This document shows positions 10,269 through 20,850 of a stretch of 37,189 nucleotides of DNA, piece by piece. Position numbers and translations under genes: made by a program. Below the pieces are notes generated by a model, which worked only from the letters and a program-made list of their open reading frames with translations, searched no databases and was not told where the DNA came from. Position 1 is the first letter of the stretch. Every line of letters starts with the position of its first letter. Origin of the DNA: Malacoraja senta (Eukaryota); NCBI GenBank assembly GCA_038087875.1, contig JAXLNO010000552.1, forward strand, positions 1 to 37,189, given 5' to 3'.

Positions 10269-10538
10269 GAATATTGATTTCTCTAACTTCAAGTAACCCT
10301 TTCAGCCCCTCTCTCTCCATCCCACCCCAATCCTTGTCATTGCACTAGTTTCACTGTCATCCTGCTGAGTTTCACTGCTTGTATAACTCGTTATCACCTT
10401 CCCCACAGCCAACAATGAACCATTGTGGGCTCCACCTTTCCATGACCATCTTTACTTTTTTGCATATCTTTCATTCATTTGTTCCATATCACTCTACATC
10501 ACCATCTATATCTCTCGGTTCCCTTTCCCCTGACTCTC

Positions 10539-10572
10539 AGTCTGAAGAAGGGTCTCGACCCGAAACGTCACC
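10539..10572 (+). ncRNA. Minimal type I hammerhead ribozyme motif (PLE type)
   Basis: CUGAAGA-A-GGGU(CUCG)ACCC-GAAA-CG-UC; palindromic ACGU in place of stem III; predicted cleavage after C10569; stem I only ~2 bp. Confidence 0.75.
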
Positions 10573-10950
10573 TATTCCTTCTCTCCACAGATGCTGCCTG
10601 ACCCGCTGAGTTACTCCAGCACTCTGTGAAACGTCACCTATCCATGTTCTCCACAGATGCTGCCTGACCCGCTGAGTTACTCCAGCACTCTGTGAAACGT
10701 CACCTATCCATGTTCCGGCAGCATCTATAGAGCGAAGGAAATAGGCAACGTTTCGGCCCGAAACCCTTCCGGGTTTCGGCCCAAAACGTTGCCTATTTCC
10801 TTCAGGGTTTCGGCCCGAAAGGTTGCCCATTTCCTTCGCTCCACAGATGCTGCCTGACCCGCTGAGTTACTCCAGCACTCTGTGAAACGTCACCTATCCA
10901 TGTTCTCCACAGATGCTGCCTGAACCGCTGAGTTACTCCAGCACTCTGTG
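10562..10950 (+). repeat. 66-bp tandem array with 136-bp fold-back module (10718-10853)
   Basis: Unit GAAACGTCACCTATCCATGTTCTCCACAGATGCTGCCTGACCCGCTGAGTTACTCCAGCACTCTGT; reverse complement of the 829-1280 array. Confidence 0.92.
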
Positions 10951-11004
10951 TCTATCTTTGGTGTAAACCAGCATCTGCAGTTCCTTTCTACACAGTAAAT
11001 TTAG

Positions 11005-11159
11005 GACTATTGTTGCCACGTGCACTGAGGTACAGTGAAGAGCTTAGTTTTGCATGCTATCGAAACAGATCAGTTAATACTACATCTAAATACAATCAAG
11101 TCGAACCCAAGTACAGTTGGTAGAGCAAAAGGGAAGATACAGAGTGCAGAATATAGTTC
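11005..11159 (-). mobile_element. Rex1-like LINE 3' tail variant
   Basis: GAGGTACAGTGAA..AGCTT..TTTTGCATGCTA similar to the 1703-1818 tail. Confidence 0.55.
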
Positions 11160-11635
11160 ATGTGACAGGAGCAGAATTAGGCCATTCGGCCCATCAAGTC
11201 TACTCCGCCGTTCAATCATGGCTGATCTATCTCTCCCTCCTAACCCCATTCTCCTGCCTTCACCTCATAACCCCTGACACCCGCACTAATCAAGAATCTG
11301 TCTATCTCAGCCTTAAAAATATCCACTGACTTGGCCTCCACAGCCATCTGCGGCAATGAATTCCACAGATTCACCACCCTCTGACTAAAGAAATTCCTCC
11401 TCATCTCCTATCTAAAGGTACGTTCTTTTATTCTAAGGCTGTGCCCTCTGGTCCTAGACTCTCCCACTAGTGGAAACATCCTCTCGACATCCACTCTATC
11501 CAGGCCTTTCACTATTCTGTAAGTTTCAATGAGGTCCCCCCCTCATCCTTCTAAACTCCAGCGAGTACAGGCCCAGTGCCGACAAACGCTCATCATATGT
11601 TAACCCACTCATTCCTGTGGATCATTCTCGTAAAC
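11160..11635 (-). mobile_element. CR1 LINE 3' fragment
   Basis: Reverse complement of the LYSLEFRRMRG..RVVNLWNSLP region and 3' UTR GGCCTAATTCTGCTCCTG. Confidence 0.9.
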
Positions 11636-11845
11636 AATAGTTGCAGGGAGTGAATAGTGAGGGGTGATAACTGGTAAATGGGGATGTGGAATGGGCTAAT
11701 GTGGTGACAGGGAACCGCAGACAAAGCCTAAAGGCAGAGACATGGAACTCTGCAGTGATGACACCCAAGTTACAGGAACGTCATTTATAGTGTCATAGCA
11801 TGGACCCTTCACTGGAAGAGAAAACTGGAGTTACTGGCAACCATC

Positions 11846-12160
11846 TTTTAGTTTTTAGTTTGGAGATACAAGGCAAAAACAGGCCCTGCGGCCTACCGAG
11901 TCCACGCCACCAGGCAATCCCCGCAAACAAACACTATTCTACACACACGGGAGACAATTTACAACTTTTTACGGAAGCCGATTAGCCTACAAACCCGCAC
12001 GTCTTTGGAGCGTGGGAGGAAACCGGAGCACCCGGAGAAAACCCACGCAGGTCACGGGGAGAACGTACAAACTCCGTACAGACAGCACGCGTAGTTAGGA
12101 TCGAATCCAGGTCTCTGGCGCTGTGAGGCAGCAACTCTACCGCTGCGCCACCGTGTCGTC
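11846..12160 (-). mobile_element. V-SINE, full length
   Basis: A-box TGGCGCAGCGG, B-box GATTCGATCC, V-domain, (TAAAC)-like tail. Confidence 0.9.
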
Positions 12161-12380
12161 TTGTGGATAATTATTTAATTCTGTAATCCAGACCTAGATT
12201 GTTACCTAATTAAGTCTTTCTGTGACCTCCATTCTGTAATCAAGACATGGTTTTTATTGTTATTCAAGTTTCTGCGTAATCTTGTCAGCTGTGAATGTGA
12301 AAGCTGTACCAAAGTCCTGCTCAGGAGATCAGCATTGACGGGTCTCCTGGTGGGCACCAGTTTTAATAAATCTCCCATCG

Positions 12381-12843
12381 CTCCTGTACATCGGCGAGAC
12401 CAAGCGCAGGCTCGGCGATCGTTTCGCTGAACACCCCGCTCAGCCCGCCTTAACCTTTCTGTTCTCCCGGTTGCTCAGCACTTCAAATCCCCCTCCCATT
12501 CCCAATCTGACCTTTCTGTCCTGGGCCTCCTCCATGGTCAGAGTGAGCACCACTGGAAATTGGAGGAACAGCACCTCATATTTCGCTTGGGTAGTTTACA
12601 CCCCAGCAGTATGAACATTGACTTCTCTAACTTCAGATAGCCTTGCTTTCACTCTCTCTCCATCCCCTCCCCCTTCCCAGTTCTCCCACCAGTCTTACTG
12701 TCTCCGACTACATTCTACCTTTGTCCCGCCCCATCCCCTGACATCAGTCTGAAGAAGGGTCTCGACCCGAAACGTCGCCCATTCCTTCTCTCCAGAGATA
12801 CTGCCTGGCCCGCTGAGTTACTCCAGCATTTTGCGTCTACCTT
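12381..12843 (+). mobile_element. Penelope-like element 3' end (GIY-YIG remnant plus pseudo-LTR)
   Basis: LYIGETKRRLGDRFAEH..(frameshift)..KLEEQHLIFRLGSLHP followed by an HHR-containing LTR. Confidence 0.9.
12746..12779 (+). ncRNA. Minimal hammerhead ribozyme motif
   Basis: AGU-CUGAAGA-A-GGGU(CUCG)ACCC-GAAACGUC-GCC, core intact. Confidence 0.72.
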
Positions 12844-12904
12844 TAATGAATCGCCCGTCACTTCCTACACCAACTCAGCATGGCCTTTCCAATTGCTCCA
12901 AAAG

Positions 12905-13197
12905 ATGTACAGTGTAGAAACAGGCCTTTCAGCCCATCAAATCCGAGTTAACCAGCGATCCCTGTACACCAGCATTATTCTACTCGCTAAGGACAATTTA
13001 CAATTTTTCCAAAGCCAATGAACCTACAAACCTGTACGGCTTTGGAAGGTGGAAGGATACCGGAGCACCTGGAGAAGACCCACGCAGGTCACGGGGAGAA
13101 CGTACAAACTCCGTACAGACAGCACCCGTAGTCAGGATGGGACCCGGGTCTCTGGCGCTGTGAGGCAGCAACTCTACCGCTGCTCCACCGTGCCGCC
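12905..13197 (-). mobile_element. V-SINE
   Basis: tRNA head, V-domain and CR1-type tail on the minus strand. Confidence 0.88.
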
Positions 13198-13420
13198 ACA
13201 TATTTTGAAATCTCATCAGCATGGTCTGATTGCAGTAAATGTCTCTGGAAAGTTATCCAGAAATCACAGCAGGATCTTGATCAGTTGGACTGAGGAATGG
13301 TTAATGGAGTTTCATGCATGCAAGGGAAGTCAAACAGGGCAGGACCTTCACTGTGGATGGCAGGGCTCTGGGGAGTGTTGTACAGCAGAGGGTGTTGAGA
13401 TTAGATGTTTCAGTTGTTAC

Positions 13421-13523
13421 ACCATTCAATCATGGCTGATCTATCTCTCCCTCGTAACCCAATTCCCCTGCCGTCTCCCCGTAACCCCTGACACCCGCAC
13501 TAATCAAAAATCTGGCAATCTCA
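13421..13523 (-). mobile_element. CR1 3' UTR fragment
   Basis: Matches 11210-11310. Confidence 0.75.
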
Positions 13524-13532
13524 CCCTTCTGT

Positions 13533-13732
13533 GGGTCAGGCAGCATCTGTGGAGAACATGGATAGGTGACGTTTCACAGAGTGCTGGAGTAACTCAGCGG
13601 GTCAGGCAGCATCTGTGGAGAACATGGATAGGTGACGTTTCACAGAGTGCTGGAGTAACTCAGCGGGTCAGGCAGCATCTGTGGAGAACATGGATAGGTG
13701 ACATTTGCGGTTGCGACCCTTCTTCAGACTGA
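13533..13732 (-). repeat. 66-bp array (~2.6 units) ending in a degenerate HHR
   Basis: Perfect units followed by GGTGACATTTGCGGTTGCGACCCTTCTTCAGACTG. Confidence 0.9.
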
Positions 13733-13779
13733 TCTCTCCCGTCCATCTCTGTTCCAGACCATCTCAGTCCCAGTCCGTG

Positions 13780-16350
13780 CCCAAATAGTAGCCGGGATGT
13801 AGGGTGTAAGTTGCAGCAGGAGTTAAAACTGGCATGTAACCAAGGTAATGCCACTGTGGTGATGGGGGATTTCAATATGCAGGTAGACTGGGAAAATCAG
13901 GTTGGTTCAGGACCCCAAGAAAGAGAGTTTGTAGAATGCCTCCGAGATGGATTCTTAGAGCAGCTTGTAATGGAGTCGACCAGAGAAAAGGCAATTCTGG
14001 ATTTGTGTTGTCCAATGAACCAGATATGATAAGAGAATTCGAGATAAAGGAACCGCTTGGAGGTAGTGATCATAATATGATTCGTTTTAATCTGCAATTT
14101 GAGAAGGAGAACGTTAAATTAGAAGTGGCAGTGATGCAGTTGAACAAGGGGGACTATGAAGGCATGAGAGGGGAGCTGGCCAAGGTAGACTGGAAAGGGA
14201 TCCTAGCAGGAATGACGGTGGAACAGCAATGGCAGGAATTTCTGGGCATAATCCGGAAGACGCAGGATCATTTCATTCCAAAAAGGAAGAAAGATTCTAA
14301 GGGGAGTAGGAGGCAACCGTGGCTGACAAGAGAAGTTAGGGATAGAATAAAACTAAAAGAAAAATGTATAACACAGCAAAGAGTAGCCGGAAGCCAGAGG
14401 ATTGGGAAACTTTCATAGGACAACAGAAGGAAACAAAACGGGCAATACGGGCTGAAAAGATGAAGTATGAAGGGAAGCTGGCCAGGAATATAAAGAAGGA
14501 CAGTAAAAGCTTCTTTAGGTATGTTAAGGGAAAAAGAGTAGCAAAGTCAAATGTGGGTCCCTTGAAGGCAGACACGGGTGAAATTATTATGGGCAACAAG
14601 GAAATGGCAGAAGAGTTGAATAGGTACTTCGGATCTGTCTTCACTAAGGAAGACACAAACAATCTCCCAGATGTACTGGAGGACAGAGGATCTAAGGGGG
14701 TAGAGGAACTGAAATAAATTGTCATTAGGCGAGAAATAGTATTGGGTAGGCTAATGGGACTGAAGGATGATAAATCCCCTGGGCCTGATGGTCTGCATCC
14801 CAGGGTCCTCAGGGAGGTGGCTCTAGAAATAGTGGACGCATTGGTGATCATTTGCCAATGTTCAATAGATTCAGGATCAGTTCCTGTGGATTGGAGGATA
14901 GCTAATGTTATCCCACTTTTCAAGAAAGGAGCGAGAGAGAAAACGGGGAATTACAGACCAGTTAGCCTGACTTCGGTGGTGGGAAAGATGCTGGAGTCAA
15001 TTATTAAAGAGGTAATAATGGGGCATTTGGATAGCAGTAAAAGGATTAGTCCAAGTCAACATGGATTTATGAAAGGGAAATCGTGCTTGACTAATCTTCT
15101 GGAATATTTTGAGGATGTGACAAGTAAAATGGATGAAGGGGTGCCAGTGGATGTAGTGTATCTAGACTTTCAGAAAGCCTTTGATAAGGTCCCGCACGGG
15201 AGACTGGTGACTAAAATTAGAGCACATGATATTGAGGGTAGGGTGTTGACATGGTTAGAAAATTGGTTGGCAGCCGGAAGCAAAGAGTAGGAGTGAACGG
15301 GTCCTTTTCAGAATGGCAGGCAGTGGCGAGTGGAGTGCCACAAGGCTCGGTGTTGGGGCCGCAACTGTTTACCATATATATTAATGATTTGGAAGAGGGA
15401 ATTAGGAGCAACACTAGCAAGTTTGCGGATGACACAAAGCTGGGTGGCAGGGTGAACTGTGAAGAGGATGTTAGGAGGTTGCAGGGTGACCTGGACAGGT
15501 TGAGTGAGTGGGCAGATGCAGTATAATATAGATAAATGTGAGGTTATCCACTTTGGCGGCAAAAACAAGGGGGCAGATAATTATCTCAATGGGGTTAAGT
15601 TAGGTAAGGGGGAGGTACAGCGAGACCAGGGTGATCTTGTACACCGGTCACTGAAAGTTGGCGTGCAGGTACAGCAGGCAGTGAAGAAAACGAATGGAAT
15701 GTTGGCCTTCATAACAAGAGGATTTCAGTATAGGAGTAAAGAGGTTCTTCTGCAGTTGTACAGGGCTCTGGTGAGACCACATCTGGAGTATTGTGTACAG
15801 TTTTGGTCTCCTAATTTGAGGACGGACATCCTTGTGATTGAGGCAGTGCAGCGTAGGTTCACGAGATTGATCCCTGGGATGGCAGGACTGTCATATGAGG
15901 AAAGATTGAAAGACTAGGCGTGTATTCACTGGAGTTTAGAAGGATGAGGGGGCATCTTATAGACACATATAACATTATAAAAGGACTGGACAAGCTAGAT
16001 GCAGGAAAAATGTACCCAATGTTGGGCGAGTCCAGAACCAGGGGCCACAGTCTTAGAATAATGGGGAGGCCATTTAAGACTGAGGTGAGAGAACACTTTT
16101 TCACCCAGAGAGTTGTGAATTTGTGGAGTTCCCTGCCACAGAGGGCAGTGGAGGTCAAATCACTGGATGGATTTAAGAGAGAGTTAGATAGAGCTCTAGG
16201 GGCTGGTGGAGTCAAGGGATATGGGGAGAAGGCAGGCACGGGTTATTGATAGGGGACGATCAGCCGTGATCACAATGAATGGCGGTGCTGGCTCGAAGTG
16301 CCAAATGGCCTCCTCCTGCACCTATTTTCTATGTTTCTATGCTTCTATGT
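13780..16350 (+). mobile_element. 5'-truncated CR1 LINE, 2.6 kb, disrupted ORF2 (endonuclease C-terminus plus RT)
   Basis: VMGDFN and GSDHN (APE); KSPGPDG, NYRPVSLTS, QHGF, YLDFQKAFDKVPH, GVPQGSVLGP, FADDTK (RT); several frameshifts and stops; (TTTCTATG)n tail. Confidence 0.95.
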
Positions 16351-16640
16351 CCCATTCCAAATCCAGCAACCCCAGACTAACCTGCATAAAAATAAATTCA
16401 TATCTGTGAACTCAATTCCACTAAAACAGATTTCCTGGCAGCAAAAAAATGATAAGTGAGTCTATTAGAGTAAAGGATGCAATCTGCAGGAATAGCAACA
16501 GTGTGGATGAGGGTCGCAGAGGCATTAGCACGGCAGCCAGCACCAATCCATCAGATTTAGTTAGCTTCTTTCTTGCCAACCTTGGTCACCGAAAGGTAAA
16601 AGGCTCATATTTCATCTTATATAGAATGCACATTCGCTTA

Positions 16641-16800
16641 AGATAGACACAAAAAGCTGGAGTAACTCAGCGGGTCAGACAGCATCTCTGGAGGGAAGGA
16701 ATAGGTGACGTTTCAGTTCGAGACCCTTCTTCAGACCTGCTGTCTGACCCGCTGAGTTTCTCCACCTTTTTTATGTTTATCTTTGGTTTAAACCTGCATC
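16641..16800. mobile_element. PLE pseudo-LTR fold-back remnant with HHR motif (minus, 16703-16738)
   Basis: Minus arm then plus arm with tail; HHR has 4-bp stem I AGGU/ACCU but a weakened stem II. Confidence 0.8.
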
Positions 16801-16863
16801 CCGTATATCCCGTATATCCCGTATATCCCATATATCCCGTATATCCCGTATATCCCGTATATC
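16798..16863. repeat. 9-bp tandem repeat (ATCCCGTAT)x~7
   Basis: Direct reading. Confidence 0.95.
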
Positions 16864-17009
16864 TCTTCCTACGCATATTTGCTTGTCTACCCACAATGCC
16901 CAATTCTGGAGGATCTTAGACTGGGAAACATTTGTCCTCTCGTTTTATTGGAAGGATGGGTGAAGGAAGCATCTTCACCTGGGTCATGATAACTAAAATA
17001 CCGGCACCA

Positions 17010-17393
17010 AACATATAAGATTATTAAGGGTTTGGACACGCTAGAGGCAGGAAACATGTTCCCGATGTTGGGGGAGTCCAGAACCAGGGGCCACAGTTTA
17101 AGAATAAGGGGTAAGCCATTTAGAACGGAGACGAGGAAACACTTTTTCTCACAGAGAGTGGCGAGTCTGTGGAATTCTCTGCCTCAGAGGGCGGTGGAGG
17201 CAAGTTCTCTGGATACTTTCAAGAGAGAGCTAGATAGTGCTCTTAAAAATAGCGGAGTCAGGGGATATGGGGAGAAGGCAGGAACGGGGTACTGTTTGGG
17301 GATGATCAGCCATGATCACATTGAATGGCGGTGCTGGCTCGAAGGGCCGAATGGCCTACTCCCGCACCTATTGTCTATTGTCTGTTGTCTGTC
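17010..17393 (+). mobile_element. CR1 LINE 3' fragment
   Basis: ESRTRGHSLRIRGKPFRTETRKHFFSQRVASLWNSLP; (CTATTGT)n tail. Confidence 0.92.
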
Positions 17394-17598
17394 CTTCCCT
17401 TCAGCTTTTAATTTGATGTAGATGAGTTGCACTGACATCCCACATGTGAATTAATCTTTTTGAGGAGGGTAAGAGACATATTGATTTTATAATTACGTTT
17501 GGGAGAAAAATTATAAAAGGAAGACGAGGAAAACAGCGCAGATGACAGAGGATTTATTTAAACGAAGATTACATTATGTGTAACCAACATTTCATTTC

Positions 17599-17894
17599 AG
17601 GTCGACAAAAATGCTGGAGAAACTCAGCGGGTGAGGCAGCATCTGTGGAGCGAAGGATTAGGTGACGTTTCGGGTCGAGACCCTTCTTCAGACTGATGTG
17701 GGGGTGGGGGGGGGGGAAGGAGAAAGGAAGAGGCGGAGACAGAAGGCTGTGGGAGAGCTGGGAAGGGGAGGGGAAGGAGGGAGAAAGCAAGGACTACCTG
17801 AAATTGGAGAAGTCAATGTTCACACCGCTGGGGTGTAAACTACCCAAGCGAAATATGAGGTGCTGCTCCTCCAATTTACGGTGGGAGTCACTGT
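17599..17894 (-). mobile_element. Penelope-like element 3' end
   Basis: GIY-YIG C-terminal remnant plus pseudo-LTR. Confidence 0.85.
17661..17694 (-). ncRNA. Minimal hammerhead ribozyme motif
   Basis: Reverse complement reads AGUCUGAAGAAGGGUCUCGACCCGAAACGUCACC, core intact. Confidence 0.72.
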
Positions 17895-18057
17895 CTCAGC
17901 GGGTCAGACAGCAGGTCTAAAGAAGGGTCTCGATCTGAAACGTCACCTATTCCTACTCTCCAGAGATGCTGTCTGACCTGCTGAGTTACTCCAGCTTTTT
18001 GTGTCTATCTTAAGTAAATGTGCATTCTATATAAGATGAAATATGAGCCTTTTCCTT
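17895..18057 (+). repeat. Inverted duplicate of 16593-16756
   Basis: About 8 differences in ~163 bp by eye, including ~45 bp of non-PLE flank. Confidence 0.9.
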
Positions 18058-18074
18058 CTCTGTTCAGGTCTGTC

Positions 18075-18340
18075 GCATCTGAAGTTGCTGTAAGGATGCA
18101 GGACAGAACGCCACAGGAGATCCTTCTTCCCAGTGGCCATCAAACTGTACAACTCTGTCGTGGGGTAGACTGAGACTGAGACTGACTCTCCCCCCCCTAA
18201 TCTTTACACATCCCCAATCCTTTCCACTCGTCACTTTAATTTCATGTTACATGTATTTTGTGTTTTGTGTGTTTTATAAATGTTGGCAGATAAATTTCCA
18301 TCCTAGGATAAGTAAAGTTCTATCGTTTCGTATCGTATTG
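18075..18340 (+). mobile_element. Rex1-like LINE 3' end
   Basis: CRTERHRRSFFPVAIKLYNS coding end; tail AAAGTTCTATCGTTTCGTATCGTATTG. Confidence 0.75.
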
Positions 18341-18369
18341 TGCAGGGTAAGTAACATGGATAATAATGT

Positions 18370-20075
18370 GATACAGTGTGGAAACAGGTCCTTCGGCCCA
18401 ACTTGCCCACACCGACCAACATGTCCCATCCTCACTAGTCCCACCTGCCCGCGTTTGGCCCATATCCCTCCAAACCTGTCCTATCCATGTACCTGTCTAA
18501 ATGTCTCTTCGAGGTTATAGAAACATAGAAACATAGAAGATAGGTGCAGGAGTAGGCCATTCGGCCCTTTGAGCCTGCACCGCCATTCAATATGATCATG
18601 GCTGATCATCCAACTCATTATCATGTACCTGCCTTCTCTCCATACCCCCTGATCCCTTTAGCCACAAGGGCCACATCTAACTCCCTCTTAAATATAGCCA
18701 ATGAACTGGCCTCAACTACCTTCTGTGGCAGAGAATTCCAGAGATTCACCACTCTCTGTGTGAAAAATGTTTCTCTCATCTCGGTCCTAAAAGATTTCCC
18801 CCTTTTCCTTAAACTGTGACCCCTTGTTCTGGACTTCCCCAACATCGGGAACAATCTTCCTGCATCTAGCCTGTCCAACCCCTTAAGAATTTTGTGAGTT
18901 TCTATAAGATCCCCCCTCAATCTTCTAAATTCTAGAGAGTACAAGCCGAGTCTATCCAGTCTTTCTTCATATGAAAGTCCTGACATCCCAGGAATCAGTC
19001 TGGTGAAACTTCTCTGTACTCCCTCTATGGCAAGAATGTCTTTCCTCAGATTAGGAGATCAAAACTGTATGCAATACTCCAGGTGTGGTCTCACCAAGAC
19101 CCTGTACAACTGCAGTAGAACCTCCCTGCTCCTATACTCAAATCCTGTTGCTATGAATGCTAACATACCATTCGCTTTCTTCACTGCCTGCTGCACCTGC
19201 ATGCCTACTTTCAATGACTGGAGTACCATGACACCCAGGTCTCGTTGCATCTCCCCTTTTCCTAATCGGCCACCATTCAGATAATTACTTTCCTGTTTTT
19301 GCCACCAAAGTAGATAACCTCACATTTATCCACATTATACTGCATCTGCCATGCATTTGCCCACTCACCCAACCTATCCAAGTCACCTTGCAGCCTCCAA
19401 GCATCCTCCTCACAGCTAACACTGCCCCCCAGCTTCGTGTCATCCGCAAACTTGGAGATATTGCATTCAATTCCCTCGTCCAAATCATTAATATATATTG
19501 TAAATAGCTGGGGTCCCAGCACTGAGCCTTGCGGTACCCTAGTAGTCACTGCCTGCCATTCTGAAAAGGACCCGTTTACTCCTACTCTTTGCTTCCTGTC
19601 TGCCAGTTCTCTATCCACATCAATACTGAACCCCCAATACCGTGTGCTTTAAGTTTGTATACTAATCTCTTATGTGGGACCTTGTCGAAAGCCTTCTGAA
19701 AGTCCAGATATAACATATCCACTGGTTCTCCCTTATCCACTCTAATAGTTACATCCTCGAAAAATTCTATAAGATTCGTCAGACATGATTTACCTTTCGT
19801 AAATCCATGCTGACTTTGTCCAATGATTTCACCACTTTCCAAATGTGCTGCTATCCCTCCTTTAATAACTGACTCTAGCAGTTTCCCCACTACCGATGTT
19901 AGACTAACTGGTCTGTAATTCCCCGTTTTCTCTCGCCCTCCCCTTTTAAAAAGTGGGGTTACATTAGCTATGATAGTCCCAGCCTCAACTACCTCCTCTG
20001 GGAGCTCATTCCATGCACTCACCACCCTTTATGTAAAAAAGATACCCTTCAGGTTCCTATTAAATCGTTACCCCA
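18370..20075 (-). mobile_element. HER1-like CR1 3' end (18370-18517 plus 19971-20075) interrupted by another CR1
   Basis: VSAWNELPEEVVEAGTI on one side continues as KRHLDRYMDR on the other; tail resembles the V-SINE tail. Confidence 0.8.
18518..19970 (-). mobile_element. 5'-truncated CR1 LINE (RT to tail), frameshifted
   Basis: ANVTPLFK, NYRPVSLTS, YLDFQKAFDKVPH, PQGSVLGP, FADDTK; (TTTCTATG)n tail. Confidence 0.95.
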
Positions 20076-20204
20076 GCACTTTGTTTTTTTAAAAAATATA
20101 TTTGTCCAAATGTCTTTTGAAAGTCTTTTGAAATGTAGATTTAATTTAAACATTGCAATGAAGCAAAATATATTTTCCTAATTTACTCATTAATTAGATT
20201 TGGA

Positions 20205-20386
20205 ATAGAACATAGAGCAGTACAGCACGGGAACAGGCCCTTCGGCCCACAATGTCTGTGCTGTACATGATGCCAAGTTAAACTAATCTCCTCTGCCTGC
20301 ACATGATCCATATCCCTCCATTCCCTGCATATCCATGTGCCTATCTAAAAGCCTCTTAATCACCACTATTGTAACTGCATCCACCA
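20205..20386 (-). mobile_element. HER1-like CR1 3' end
   Basis: KRLLDRHMDMQGMEGYG*; tail GGGCCGAAGGGCCTGTTCCCGTGCTGTAC. Confidence 0.85.
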
Positions 20387-20850
20387 ATGGTTCTTTAGAG
20401 TCGGGTGTGCAATGCTCTTCCACCGTCGCCATATTTCGACGCCATTTACTAAACGAAAAATAAAAAGTCCAAAGACCAAAGTGCGGTCCAGAGGCTTCAT
20501 GTACTTGAGCGGCTTCTGATCCAGGCGAGCCCCAAGCTGCTACAGGGCCTCCTCCGTCACACTCGACCGGCTCGGCCCACCGACCGACGTCCTTCTCCTC
20601 TCCTCGCCCGCCCGCCCCGAGCCTCTGTGTCCCGGGCAGGGACGCCTCCTGCAGCCGACCTTGCAGGCGCTGGAGGCAATAGCCAGCTCCCTCTCCCACC
20701 GGGCCACTCCTCATGACCATCATCACCAGTGGTTCCATCCTCATCGACTGCTCGCTCTTCAGGGCCGAGCTCAGAGGCTTCCCGAGCTTCCCCATCCCCC
20801 CCCGCCTCCCGAGCTTCCCCCTCCCCCCCACCACATGGTCCGTTCTTGTA

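Larger units (their letters stand above)
9887..10992 (+). mobile_element. Penelope-like (Neptune-type) element 3' part: GIY-YIG endonuclease, UTR, HHR, 66-bp array, tail
   Basis: SSNLIYCFRCSRYQLLYIGETK..RFAEHLRSV..VAQHFNS..KLEEQHFIFHLGSLHPSGMNID; HHR at 10539; tail AAACCAGCATCTGCAGTTCC. Confidence 0.9.

Noticed and set aside
16667..16903. ORF with (GYT)n repeat
   Set aside because: Translation of a 9-bp tandem repeat plus PLE LTR sequence
19582..20025. ORF with CR1 C-terminal motif placed before RT motifs
   Set aside because: Chance in-frame junction between two nested CR1 copies at ~19970
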